This document shows, in pieces, positions 34,755-45,138 of a stretch of 56,125 nucleotides of DNA (within the stretch, counting starts at the first letter, position 1; the number at the start of each line of letters is the position of its first letter). The notes below the pieces were generated by a model. It ran no database searches and was not told the origin of the DNA. It saw only the letters and a list, made by a program, of their open reading frames with translations. Source of the DNA: a virus (Duplodnaviria > Caudoviricetes); the IMG/VR virus record IMGVR_UViG_3300020463_000027, positions 1 to 56,125 of that record. One strand, given 5' to 3'. A program made the position numbers and the translations under genes.

Positions 34755-37700
34755 ATGAGTTTTCATATTAATTCCGATAAAGAGAAAATAAGGGGAGTCA
34801 ACCCCAAACTTATCGGTGATAATGAAGTTACTATTCGCTCTGGCACGGGGTCAGGAGAGAAGGAGATTCTGCGTGCTCAGTTAGATTCTCAAACAAACTT
34901 ACCTCGTGTTGGTATTAATAGAACTGGACAGAGAGTTAACAATATTACTATTGATACTGCTGGTTCTGGATACACTGTAAACCCAACTGTAACAATTGGT
35001 GCTCCTAATGTTGCTGGTGGTATTCAAGCACTTGCTTCTGCTTTTATCTTTAATGGTAAAGTTGTTTCTATTGCTGTTAATGAACCAGGTAGTGGATATA
35101 CAACTGCTCCTGCTATAAGTATCACAGAAGGTGGTGGTGCTGGTGCTACTGCTACTGCTGTTCTTGATACTGTAGATTTTGAACTTGACATCAACGGTGC
35201 GATTAGAACTTCAACTTCTATCATTTCTGACACTGCGAGAATTCTAAACCTTGACATTGACAACTTTGTTACTCCTAACGCAGCATTTAGAGCACCTAAT
35301 TTAAAAACATATGCTAATAACACAGGAACACCTTGGTCTCCTAATGTTATTATACGAAAAGATCAATACAGGTACTTCGGTGCCAACATGTATCAGGCAC
35401 TGAATACTGGACAGACTGCAGCATCTGCACCTGAGCATACAGATGGAACAGTATTAAATGGTGAAGTAGAGTTTAAACATATTGGTTTCCGTGTGGTTGA
35501 TCCTACAGAATATCAATATAATACCTCACCCGAATCAGGAGAATTTCCAAGATCTATCACACCTCTACTTGGTGACAGATCAGATAAGATTGCAACTACA
35601 GAATACGTACTTAATCTAGCAACGAATGATGTTGGTGGTCGTGTTTATGTTTCGCAACAGATTGGTTCTGACCTTAACGATGGTAGATCTGCTGTAAACC
35701 CAGTAAGAACTATTAAGAAAGCAGCACAGGAAGCATGGAAAACACCTGGTGTTAAAGAAACTATTATTGTATCTGGTGGTGATTATGTAGAAGACAACCC
35801 AATATCTCTACCTCCAGATTGTTCAGTTGTTGGTGATAACTTAAGATTGGTTCTTATCAGACCTCAGAATCCTAACAAACACATCATGAAGTTCGGTGAT
35901 AAGAACTACGTGATTGGTGTTACATACCGTGACCAAATTGATTCTAATGGTGACCCTGTTGCTACTTGGGACTTTGCTATGGTCTTTGACGATAAGCAAA
36001 GAGTCATAATTGATAAAGAAGCAAACGGTGATTTTGGAACACAGTTTGAAGTAGGACATCAGATATTCGGACCTCAACAGTTCCGTGTTGTTTATCAACA
36101 AAACACTGGTCTATCAGGTCTAATAAGTGGATTAAAAGTAAAAGGTGTTAACACTGGTTCTAGAGCAAAAATTTCTAATGTTACATTTGCCGAAACTACG
36201 GGAGCAAGTGCATATGTCAATGGTACAGTTGATGTTGACTTAATCAGTGGTTCATTTGTTGCTGGTGAAAGATTTGAGTATATAACATCTGTTAGTCCTG
36301 GTTCAAATACAGGAATGACTGTAACGCAGCAGCAAGGTGTTAACACATTAAGACTTACATCAGATCCTACAGGCACAATTCCTGGCGGTACAACTGTACA
36401 GTTAGTAGCTACTCCTTCAACTGGTAATTCATTTACTGGATTTTATGAGATAGAAAGTATTGATTCTACTCAATCAGCAAGTAATATTTGGGATGTTAAA
36501 TTCTTCCCATTATTATCAGCTCCAGAGTGGAGTGGTACTGGCATTGGTGGAACCTATACAATTAATGCTGCAACACCTGTTGTTGAAACATTTGACACAT
36601 CAACAATTAAATCAATCAGAGCTGAGGGTGAAGTTGTATCTGTTGACGAAGATTATACTACAACTCTTCCTGTTTCTAGAATTGACTTCTCATTACAGGG
36701 TGATCCTAGTATTGCAACAGGTGGTTTCCAAAGTCCACAGTTTGGTAACGCAGAAGATCTTGGTGGTATTATATTCTACACGAACGCATTAGTTGGTAGA
36801 ACAAATACACATGAGTTTAAAGATGGTCAAGAAATTGAAATTAGTGGTTTATCAACATCTAATCCAGACTTATCCGTTCTTATGGGTAAGCAAAGAATTT
36901 ATAAAGTCTTAGAAGATGCTGATGGTCGTTGCAGAAGATTTGTAATTCCTAAAAAATTACCATCACTTACTCAATCTAACTACGATCCTGGTCAATTTGC
37001 ACAAGTAAAAAACCACTCAAAAGTAGTTCTATTATCATTACTTAACTCTCCAAACACTTTTCCATTAACATCTCCTGTAGAAAGAAGATTCCAAGATGCT
37101 TGTGTATTCCTTCGTAATAACAGGGAATTTATTGCGGATGAAGTTGTAGGAATAATTAATAATCAGTTTGCTAGAAATTACTATTCTGTATATAATATTT
37201 CTGGAAGTTCTTTTGACATATATCTTGGACAGACAACATCAACACATACGTATGTGTCTGGTGGTACAGTAACATTTGGTGGTACAGCATATAACGTATC
37301 TGGTTTCCTTTATGATAACATAGTAACTGGTGTTGCTACTGTAACAACAACATCTCCTGTTGCTAACTTAGGAGAAGATCAAACAATTAAACTTGAGAAT
37401 GTATTATTAGAATGTGATTCTGGTCAAAAATTATATCCTTCATATAGTTCTCCTGACTCAACATCTTCTATTAGTGATGGTGATGAGCAATGTCGTCAGG
37501 ATGTTAATCACTTTATCAATGCTCTTGTAAGAGATTTAGAATTTGGTTCTAACTTCAATATTATTGATGCAGCAAGCAAATATGTTATTAGTGATGATAT
37601 TGCATATATCAAAGATGAAATTATATACAATGTTCGTGCTATTGAATATGCTAGACAATTAGCAATTTTAGCAATGAGAAATTGGAGGACTGATACTGGT

Positions 37701-40700
37701 ACTACCAATGATCCAATATACGTTCCAAAATATTCCAGTGTACCAAGATACTTTGATGACACTGTAATTACATCTACAGCTTTATTAAATGCAGATGGTA
37801 GTGCTAACAATACTGGTTTTGCTTGCAATGATGTAAGAGCTGCAATTGATACTCTTTCTTTCCTTTGGGTTGATGTTATTACAAAAAATCAGAGTGGTAC
37901 ATATCTTGATGCTGCATACTTAATTTCTAGAAACAAACATCTAATTGCAGACCAAGCATTGTTAGATGCTGAAGCAAACTATCCACTATTAAATCTATCT
38001 GATCTTAATGAGAGAAAATGTCGTAGAGATATAAGATTAATTCTAGATGGTTTAGTAAAAGATTTAGTATTTGGTGGTAACGAAGGTGTAGTAAATGCTG
38101 CAGAATTATACTTTACAGGAACAGCATTAACAGGAGTTCCAGAAGCACAAAGACCAGCAACAATATTTGCAGTCAATAGAGCAAAGTATTACGCACAAGA
38201 ATGTATGCGTAACTGGACTGATGGTAATATTCTAGAAACAACTCCAAACACTGCAACATACGATGCACAGACTGGTGCTTTAACTGTAACAATACCTGAT
38301 CCTATTATTACTCCAACTACTGGAGATAGAGTTGCGTTTAAAGAAGATGCTTTAAATTGGTCTTGTAACTACAACGGAACAACAGCAAACCATGCAGGTC
38401 CTTCACAAACTGATCCTACTTATGGAAAGAGTCATGAGATCACAAACGTAACATCTTCTGGTGGTAGTACAACAATTAGTTGTAATGTAGGAAATGCTGG
38501 TGCTGGTGCATCATCTCCACACTCATTTGTAAGTGCTATAACAGATGCTACAATCTTAATTTACAATCCAACACCAATGTCTTCGGATATTCCGAAGTTT
38601 GAAGATTGGAATATTCTTATTGATCCACAAGCATCTGCTGCAAGTTCAGTATTTACTCCAACAGACGCTAGTTATAATGCAGCAAATGGTAGGTTAGAAT
38701 TAACACTAGGTGCTGGTCACGGTGTTACTACATCAGATACAGTTCGTATTACTCCAGATTCATTAGTAATGACTTGTGGTATGGATGCGAATGCTACTGA
38801 GCATAGTTATCCACAATCGGGTCATCCAGCATATGGTAATTACGTTAATGTTGAGTCAACAACTACAGGTACAATCACAGTTGATGTTGGGACACCTGGT
38901 ACAAACAAAAACTTCACACCAACTGACGCTACATATGATCCTGCAACTGGATTATTAGAACTCACAATTGGCACTGGTCATGGAATTGATATAGATGAGG
39001 GGTTAGTAATTAATCAAGATTCATTGACATTTACATGTACAATGGATGGCAACCAAAGTCAGAAAACATACCCAAGATTTGGAAAAGATTATTGGAATGG
39101 AAGGTCTCTTCCAACTGTAGCAGTATCAGACACTACTGTCACAGTCAATATAGGTACTTCTCCTGCAAATAAATTATTGACTGCTGTAACAGGCACGACA
39201 TATAATCCTAATACTGGAGATTTAGTTTTACAAGTAGGACAGCATGGTATTGGAGTAGGAAGAAATATTGTATTAGAAGATGGTGCTGTCACATTTACAT
39301 GTGATCAGGATAGTAATGGCACAACACATCCATATCCTCGTTCTACTGACCCTGCATCTGGAGCATCTCTAGCAATAACTGCTGTTGGAACTACATCACA
39401 TACAGCAACTGATGCACCATATAACGCACTTAATGGTGACATAGTATTTACTATTACAAACCATGGATTTGAGGTTGGTGATTACATCAAGATTGATGAT
39501 AATGCATTGACATATACATGTGTTCTTGATGGTAATACTGCACAGAAAACATATCCTCGTACTAATTATGATAGAGCAAGTGGAAAATGGTTACAAATAA
39601 CAAGTAAAACTCAAAATACATTTGTAATTAATGTTGGTACATCACCATATACTGGTACACATAGTTTTGTAAGTGCTGCTGCTGGAGGAATTAAGAGACA
39701 AGATGGAACATTAACAGTTAATGTTGGAACCTCTTCTAACACAACCACTCATACATTTACTACTGGTCTTGCAAATGGTGTTAAGTTCTTACCACAATCT
39801 ACACATACATTTGTAAGTGCTAACTCCAATGCAATTTCACATACTCCAGGATCTACTCACACATTTGTAAGATCTGCTAATTCATCAATCTCAATCTATG
39901 CTGCAGGAGCAAATACCTTATGTTCTGGTGTTAATAATACAATCAATACCCTCATGGATCTTCTTGAGGATATTCTAGATGGAACTATTGCACCAGGTGC
40001 TACAACAACTAACAATGGAACATTATATGATACTGCACAGATAATTTCATATCCAGATAATTTCATCTATGATCAAAATAATAATAGATTAGCAATTCGT
40101 GGTATCTTTGATGATTATCCAATCATTGAAGCATCTCCATATACACAGAACGCATCTGTTATATCCTTCTTAGGAGGTGGTGGTGCTCTAGTTGATGGAT
40201 CTAAAGTTAAACAACCCAACTGCCCATTTCCTGGTCTTGAATTAGATGGATCTGCATCCTTCCCTAATCAGGGTAAGTCAATGGTTGCATCTGCATTCAC
40301 GATTGTTTCCTTTGGTGGTACTGGTTACAAAGTCATCAACGATGGTTATACACAGTTAGTTTCTGTGTTCGTTATTTTCTGTGCTGATGGTGTTCTTGCT
40401 GAGTCAGGTGGTTATTGTTCTATCACCAACTCTGCTACAAACTTTGGTATCTTTGCATTAAGAGGTGTTGGATATAGAGCAGAATGCTATTCATTTGACC
40501 AAGGTACAGTTAGTAACGTATCTGCTACACCTACTGGTAGAACGATACTTACAGTTAGTGGATTAGGAAGAGAACCACTTGAGCATTATGTTGTTAAGAT
40601 TGATGGATATACAAATACCAATACAGACATAGAATACTTTGTTGATGTTGTTGCTGGCGTTACTGTAGGTCCTCCTTTCTCTGCACAGTTAACCATTGAT

Positions 40701-43700
40701 GATGGTACTGGTGGTTCAATGAACCTAACTGAGACTGCTACTGGTAATCCTGTATCTACAAGTGCTCTCTCAGGTAAAGTAATTAAATTACATAGACCAT
40801 CTATCGTTAACTCATCATCACACACTTGGGAATTTGCTGGATCAGGTACTAACTACCTAGCACTACCTGAGAACGGTGGTACTAAGACAGAAGCATACGA
40901 ACAAGTTTCTGAACAGTATGGTCGTGTATACGTCTCTGGTACTGACGAACTTGGAGACTTTAAGGTTGGTACATTTGCTAACATTGAAAACAGAACTGGT
41001 GCGATTACCTTTACTGGTACGGTTACAATCTCTGAAGTTGAATTCTTAAAACTAAAAGGTGGTGACGTTGTTGTTACTGGTTTTGATGCATCTAACACAT
41101 TAGGTGGTGCTAACTCTAGTGACTCTAAACTACCTACACAGAAAGCGGTTAGAGATTACATCACTAACTCTTTAGGACCTTACATCAACAAACCATACTC
41201 TACTAACGCAGTTCCTAGAGCACTGGTTGAATTGACTGACTCTGGTAAGATATCTATTGACCAGATTCCTGCTCTAAGACCTTTCCAAGTCTTTACAGTT
41301 GCTGATCAAGCAGAAAGAACATCTCTAGAAGGTGCACTTGCTGGTGATATCGCAATCCAACAAGATACATCTACATCGTTCATCTTGAACAATGACAACG
41401 ATAGTTTATTCTTATCATTTGCAGTAGATTCTGGATTAGCATTTACAATAGGTGACGTATTCACAGGAAGTCTAACAACAGGAAGAATACAAGCAACAGA
41501 ATATAGACAAGGTGTTCTTTATCAGATCAACGTATCAAATGGTGGTTCTGGATATACGGTTGCTCCTACTATAACAATCAGTGGTGGTAATCCATCAGCT
41601 GGTGCAGTAGCTGCACAAGCATCTTGTACAATTGCAAATGGAACAGTTGTTACTGTTACTATCAATAGTTTCGGTGGATACATAGGTGGTTTAGGATATA
41701 CTACACAACCCACAATCTCATTTGCTGCTCCTCCAGGTGCTGGTGTACAAGCACAGGGTACTGGTTTAATTGAAAGTAGACTCTATGGTAATATTGTTAA
41801 TAATGTCAAGATAGAAGATACTGATACTATTGATGATAGTACAACACCAAGTGCAAATACAGTCAATCTTACTAGAGTTATTAACACATCATCATTTGAT
41901 AATAACAACTGGGTATCTCTATCATCTAACCAGATTGCTGCATCAGATATTACATCAGGTGTTATTGAAACAGATAGATTAGCAACAGGTGGTGCTGCGA
42001 ACTCATTCACATTCTTAAGAGGTGATCAGAACTTTGCATTAGCAGTTCAGTCAGTCAAGGGTGCAGAGAGTAGATACTTTGCTAAATTAGCAGCACAGTG
42101 TAGTAGTGGATCATCACAAATGATCTTTACAACTAACTCTGATGTTCTTATAGGACATGAAGTTAAGAATACTATCAGTGGAATACAAAATAACACAAAC
42201 ATTAATGGTGTTGTTACTGCTGCTGGTCTAACAACTATCTCTTTAAATAACCCAGTCAACGCAACAATTCCTTTAGGAACTATCATTGAGTTTGAGCGTG
42301 GTGCATCCCCATTGACATTTGAATCTACCTTTACTCAAGGTGGATTTGTTGATGATGTTATCGTCGCAAACGGAGGATCAGGGTTTACAAATGGACAGTA
42401 TTTTGATATTCCTCTTACTGGTGGTTCGGGAACGGGATTAAAATGTAACATTGTTGTTGCTGGTAACGTAGTTACAGAATTAACAGTAACAGATGGTGGT
42501 AGTGGATATAGTGCTGACTTTACTGTAACATCAAATCCAACTCAGATTGGTTCTGGTTCTAGTCTTGTTTTAGGAGCAAAAGTTTCTACAGTTAACAGAC
42601 AGTATGCAAACGTATCTCTTGATGTTAACAGAGTTACAGATCTTACTATCTCTGCTGACCTTTATGGAACAATTGGTGTTGGAAGATATAAAAAATCACA
42701 ATTTAATATTGGAACATCTGGAAATGGATCTATAGAACTTAAGACTGGTGCTGATAGTGGACTAGATGCTGACTTACTTGATGGTGTACAAGGTTCTTTC
42801 TACTTAGACGCTAGTAATCTAAATCAAGGTTTTCTTTCTAAGGATAGAATGTCTGGAATTTATGACATTGATGTTTCTGGTCAGTCTGGTAATACAATTA
42901 GACTTCTTACTGGTACTAACTTACCATCTTCAGATCCTGCACCAAACAACTTTGCTTCTGGTATTGTTTCAAACACTGTATTCAATAGTGCAGTTGGATT
43001 AAATGATGGTGGTACTAGAACTCAGATTCTTACATTAAGACAAGGTGGTGCTGGTTTTGATACTGGATTTGGTGGTGTAAGACAACTTGCATTTACAGAT
43101 AATGATAACTTCTATATTCGTGGATCTGGAACTGGTGTATCATCATTTGGATCTTGGGGTAAGGTTTGGACATCACTTAACGATGGTGTAGATTCTGATC
43201 TAGATGCTGACAGATTAGACAATAGACAAGGTGACTGGTATCAGAACGCACTTAATATTAACTATGGAACTCTTTCAACAGAAAGATTGCCATCATGGAT
43301 TGAAGCAACTAGAGTTAGAGATTCTCTTACAGTCAAGTCTTACTTAGGAGATCCTAAGTATAAGATTTATTTCTCAGGACTTATTCTAGATACATCTGCA
43401 ACTGGCGTATTTGCACCAGGTAATCCAATCAACCTATACAACTCTAACGCACAGGGTGTTGGTAGCTTTACAATTGATAATGTTGTAACGAATGATGATA
43501 CTTCTGATAACTTTAATGATTATACAATCATTATTGGTAGACTTACATCTGGTAATTTTGTTGGTGCTATAACTGCTGGTACTGCATCAAATAGAGTTGC
43601 ATTTGATGACTTCTCTATTGAAGATGGTAACACAGTTGATGTTGGTAAATTAGAAAGTTCTGGTGGAACTGCATTATTAAAACTGGGTAGAATTGATGGA

Positions 43701-45137
43701 CAATCATCAAGTCCTGCAATTTACTTTAGATCATCACAAACAGTTCCTGCTAGTGCTGATGGACATAGAACAGCATCTATCACTGCATCTGGTGGTAACG
43801 CAACTGCAAACTCAGGAACATTAGAAGTATCTGTTGCTAATGCTGATGGTCTTACAATCAACGGTCAGAAGATATGGAACGAAGGTAATGTAATATTCAG
43901 AAATTTAAACGTAGCAGACTCTGCTGTTCTTCGTGATTCATCTGGTAACTTCTCTGCTGGTACAATCACTGCATCACTATCAGGTGCAGCATCAGCAAAC
44001 GTATTGAAGACTGGTGACACTATGACTGGAACCCTAACCATTACAGGTGCTGGTTCTAACTTTAATGTATCTGGTAATGCACAAGTTTCTGGAACAACTA
44101 CTCTTACTAATGACCTTGCAGTAGACACTGATACATTATTCGTTGACATATCAACAGACAGAGTTGGTATTAATGCTGGTGTTAACCCATCAGCAACATT
44201 ACATGTTAAAGGTGATGATGGTATATTCATTCACACACTTACTAATGCTGTTGGTGCTAAGATTAAATTTAGTGATAATGCACCAACACCTGGTCAAAAT
44301 GGTACAATTGAATACAAACATGCTGACAGTAGTTCACCAAACTCTGAGTATGGTGAAGGATTTACAATATCTGGTGATCAACCAGAACTATATCTTCGTG
44401 TTGTTGGTGATATTATTGCATCTAGAAAATTAGGTATCAATATAAATCGTGAACCAGATTACACACTTGAGGTTGATGGCGATGCATTAATCAATGCAAC
44501 ACTTAATATTGATAACAACAATGATAATGGTGGTGCAAGAATAAACTTCCGTGGTGCTTCATCCTATAGAAACTTTGTAGTTAGTAATCAGGTAGTAGGT
44601 AATGATCTATTCACAATCCAAGCATCTACTAATAATGGTGGAACAACTTGGAATAGTACACCAGCATTTACAATTAATGGTAGTACAAATAGAGTTGCTA
44701 TCAACACAACTAACACATCTGGTACTGATCCCTCTAATAATCAGAACAGAAATTATCAACTAAATATACAAGGAGACGTTAACTTTAACGGAACTCTTTA
44801 CCAAAACAATGCTGAGTTTGTTACTTCTCGTTGGACAGAATCACCTAACGGAGCTGATATTTACAGACCATCTAAAGTTGGTGTTGGATTCTCAAGTGCA
44901 AAGAATCCAGACGAAGCATTAGAGGTTGAAGGTAACATTGAAGTTAGTGGAACACTCAAAGCAAATGGTGATAGTATGTGGATTGACACCTATGGTGTTA
45001 TGAAAGCAAACAGAAACACTGTTTCTGAAAACATTACAATCCCAACTAACATTAACTGTGGTAGTTTCGGACCTCTTGAAATTACTAACGGTACAACAAT
45101 TACAATATCAAACGGGGCAGCCTGGAGCATAATCTAA
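34755..45137 (+). CDS. Giant tail fibre/spike-like protein, 3460 aa
   Basis: KIATTEYV, GLDADLLDG and DLDADRLD fibre motifs, VLKTGDTMTG, RVGIN repeats, split pectin-lyase-like beta-helix, phycobiliprotein-like helical domains, C-terminal GPLEI..G.TITI..GA.W.I. Confidence 0.85.
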   Translation: MSFHINSDKEKIRGVNPKLIGDNEVTIRSGTGSGEKEILRAQLDSQTNLPRVGINRTGQRVNNITIDTAGSGYTVNPTVTIGAPNVAGGIQALASAFIFNGKVVSIAVNEPGSGYTTAPAISITEGGGAGATATAVLDTVDFELDINGAIRTSTSIISDTARILNLDIDNFVTPNAAFRAPNLKTYANNTGTPWSPNVIIRKDQYRYFGANMYQALNTGQTAASAPEHTDGTVLNGEVEFKHIGFRVVDPTEYQYNTSPESGEFPRSITPLLGDRSDKIATTEYVLNLATNDVGGRVYVSQQIGSDLNDGRSAVNPVRTIKKAAQEAWKTPGVKETIIVSGGDYVEDNPISLPPDCSVVGDNLRLVLIRPQNPNKHIMKFGDKNYVIGVTYRDQIDSNGDPVATWDFAMVFDDKQRVIIDKEANGDFGTQFEVGHQIFGPQQFRVVYQQNTGLSGLISGLKVKGVNTGSRAKISNVTFAETTGASAYVNGTVDVDLISGSFVAGERFEYITSVSPGSNTGMTVTQQQGVNTLRLTSDPTGTIPGGTTVQLVATPSTGNSFTGFYEIESIDSTQSASNIWDVKFFPLLSAPEWSGTGIGGTYTINAATPVVETFDTSTIKSIRAEGEVVSVDEDYTTTLPVSRIDFSLQGDPSIATGGFQSPQFGNAEDLGGIIFYTNALVGRTNTHEFKDGQEIEISGLSTSNPDLSVLMGKQRIYKVLEDADGRCRRFVIPKKLPSLTQSNYDPGQFAQVKNHSKVVLLSLLNSPNTFPLTSPVERRFQDACVFLRNNREFIADEVVGIINNQFARNYYSVYNISGSSFDIYLGQTTSTHTYVSGGTVTFGGTAYNVSGFLYDNIVTGVATVTTTSPVANLGEDQTIKLENVLLECDSGQKLYPSYSSPDSTSSISDGDEQCRQDVNHFINALVRDLEFGSNFNIIDAASKYVISDDIAYIKDEIIYNVRAIEYARQLAILAMRNWRTDTGTTNDPIYVPKYSSVPRYFDDTVITSTALLNADGSANNTGFACNDVRAAIDTLSFLWVDVITKNQSGTYLDAAYLISRNKHLIADQALLDAEANYPLLNLSDLNERKCRRDIRLILDGLVKDLVFGGNEGVVNAAELYFTGTALTGVPEAQRPATIFAVNRAKYYAQECMRNWTDGNILETTPNTATYDAQTGALTVTIPDPIITPTTGDRVAFKEDALNWSCNYNGTTANHAGPSQTDPTYGKSHEITNVTSSGGSTTISCNVGNAGAGASSPHSFVSAITDATILIYNPTPMSSDIPKFEDWNILIDPQASAASSVFTPTDASYNAANGRLELTLGAGHGVTTSDTVRITPDSLVMTCGMDANATEHSYPQSGHPAYGNYVNVESTTTGTITVDVGTPGTNKNFTPTDATYDPATGLLELTIGTGHGIDIDEGLVINQDSLTFTCTMDGNQSQKTYPRFGKDYWNGRSLPTVAVSDTTVTVNIGTSPANKLLTAVTGTTYNPNTGDLVLQVGQHGIGVGRNIVLEDGAVTFTCDQDSNGTTHPYPRSTDPASGASLAITAVGTTSHTATDAPYNALNGDIVFTITNHGFEVGDYIKIDDNALTYTCVLDGNTAQKTYPRTNYDRASGKWLQITSKTQNTFVINVGTSPYTGTHSFVSAAAGGIKRQDGTLTVNVGTSSNTTTHTFTTGLANGVKFLPQSTHTFVSANSNAISHTPGSTHTFVRSANSSISIYAAGANTLCSGVNNTINTLMDLLEDILDGTIAPGATTTNNGTLYDTAQIISYPDNFIYDQNNNRLAIRGIFDDYPIIEASPYTQNASVISFLGGGGALVDGSKVKQPNCPFPGLELDGSASFPNQGKSMVASAFTIVSFGGTGYKVINDGYTQLVSVFVIFCADGVLAESGGYCSITNSATNFGIFALRGVGYRAECYSFDQGTVSNVSATPTGRTILTVSGLGREPLEHYVVKIDGYTNTNTDIEYFVDVVAGVTVGPPFSAQLTIDDGTGGSMNLTETATGNPVSTSALSGKVIKLHRPSIVNSSSHTWEFAGSGTNYLALPENGGTKTEAYEQVSEQYGRVYVSGTDELGDFKVGTFANIENRTGAITFTGTVTISEVEFLKLKGGDVVVTGFDASNTLGGANSSDSKLPTQKAVRDYITNSLGPYINKPYSTNAVPRALVELTDSGKISIDQIPALRPFQVFTVADQAERTSLEGALAGDIAIQQDTSTSFILNNDNDSLFLSFAVDSGLAFTIGDVFTGSLTTGRIQATEYRQGVLYQINVSNGGSGYTVAPTITISGGNPSAGAVAAQASCTIANGTVVTVTINSFGGYIGGLGYTTQPTISFAAPPGAGVQAQGTGLIESRLYGNIVNNVKIEDTDTIDDSTTPSANTVNLTRVINTSSFDNNNWVSLSSNQIAASDITSGVIETDRLATGGAANSFTFLRGDQNFALAVQSVKGAESRYFAKLAAQCSSGSSQMIFTTNSDVLIGHEVKNTISGIQNNTNINGVVTAAGLTTISLNNPVNATIPLGTIIEFERGASPLTFESTFTQGGFVDDVIVANGGSGFTNGQYFDIPLTGGSGTGLKCNIVVAGNVVTELTVTDGGSGYSADFTVTSNPTQIGSGSSLVLGAKVSTVNRQYANVSLDVNRVTDLTISADLYGTIGVGRYKKSQFNIGTSGNGSIELKTGADSGLDADLLDGVQGSFYLDASNLNQGFLSKDRMSGIYDIDVSGQSGNTIRLLTGTNLPSSDPAPNNFASGIVSNTVFNSAVGLNDGGTRTQILTLRQGGAGFDTGFGGVRQLAFTDNDNFYIRGSGTGVSSFGSWGKVWTSLNDGVDSDLDADRLDNRQGDWYQNALNINYGTLSTERLPSWIEATRVRDSLTVKSYLGDPKYKIYFSGLILDTSATGVFAPGNPINLYNSNAQGVGSFTIDNVVTNDDTSDNFNDYTIIIGRLTSGNFVGAITAGTASNRVAFDDFSIEDGNTVDVGKLESSGGTALLKLGRIDGQSSSPAIYFRSSQTVPASADGHRTASITASGGNATANSGTLEVSVANADGLTINGQKIWNEGNVIFRNLNVADSAVLRDSSGNFSAGTITASLSGAASANVLKTGDTMTGTLTITGAGSNFNVSGNAQVSGTTTLTNDLAVDTDTLFVDISTDRVGINAGVNPSATLHVKGDDGIFIHTLTNAVGAKIKFSDNAPTPGQNGTIEYKHADSSSPNSEYGEGFTISGDQPELYLRVVGDIIASRKLGININREPDYTLEVDGDALINATLNIDNNNDNGGARINFRGASSYRNFVVSNQVVGNDLFTIQASTNNGGTTWNSTPAFTINGSTNRVAINTTNTSGTDPSNNQNRNYQLNIQGDVNFNGTLYQNNAEFVTSRWTESPNGADIYRPSKVGVGFSSAKNPDEALEVEGNIEVSGTLKANGDSMWIDTYGVMKANRNTVSENITIPTNINCGSFGPLEITNGTTITISNGAAWSII

Positions 45138-45138
45138 C

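Noticed and set aside
29400-42600. Recurrent GGSGY(T)/GxGA DNA similarities as tandem repeats or mobile elements
   Set aside because: Protein-level beta repeats common in cyanophage structural proteins, diverged at DNA level
7740-45137. Introns, inteins or homing endonucleases in the giant ORFs
   Set aside because: Reading frames are continuous; no LAGLIDADG/HNH/GIY-YIG motifs or intein C...HN termini recognised; the inserts are structural domains
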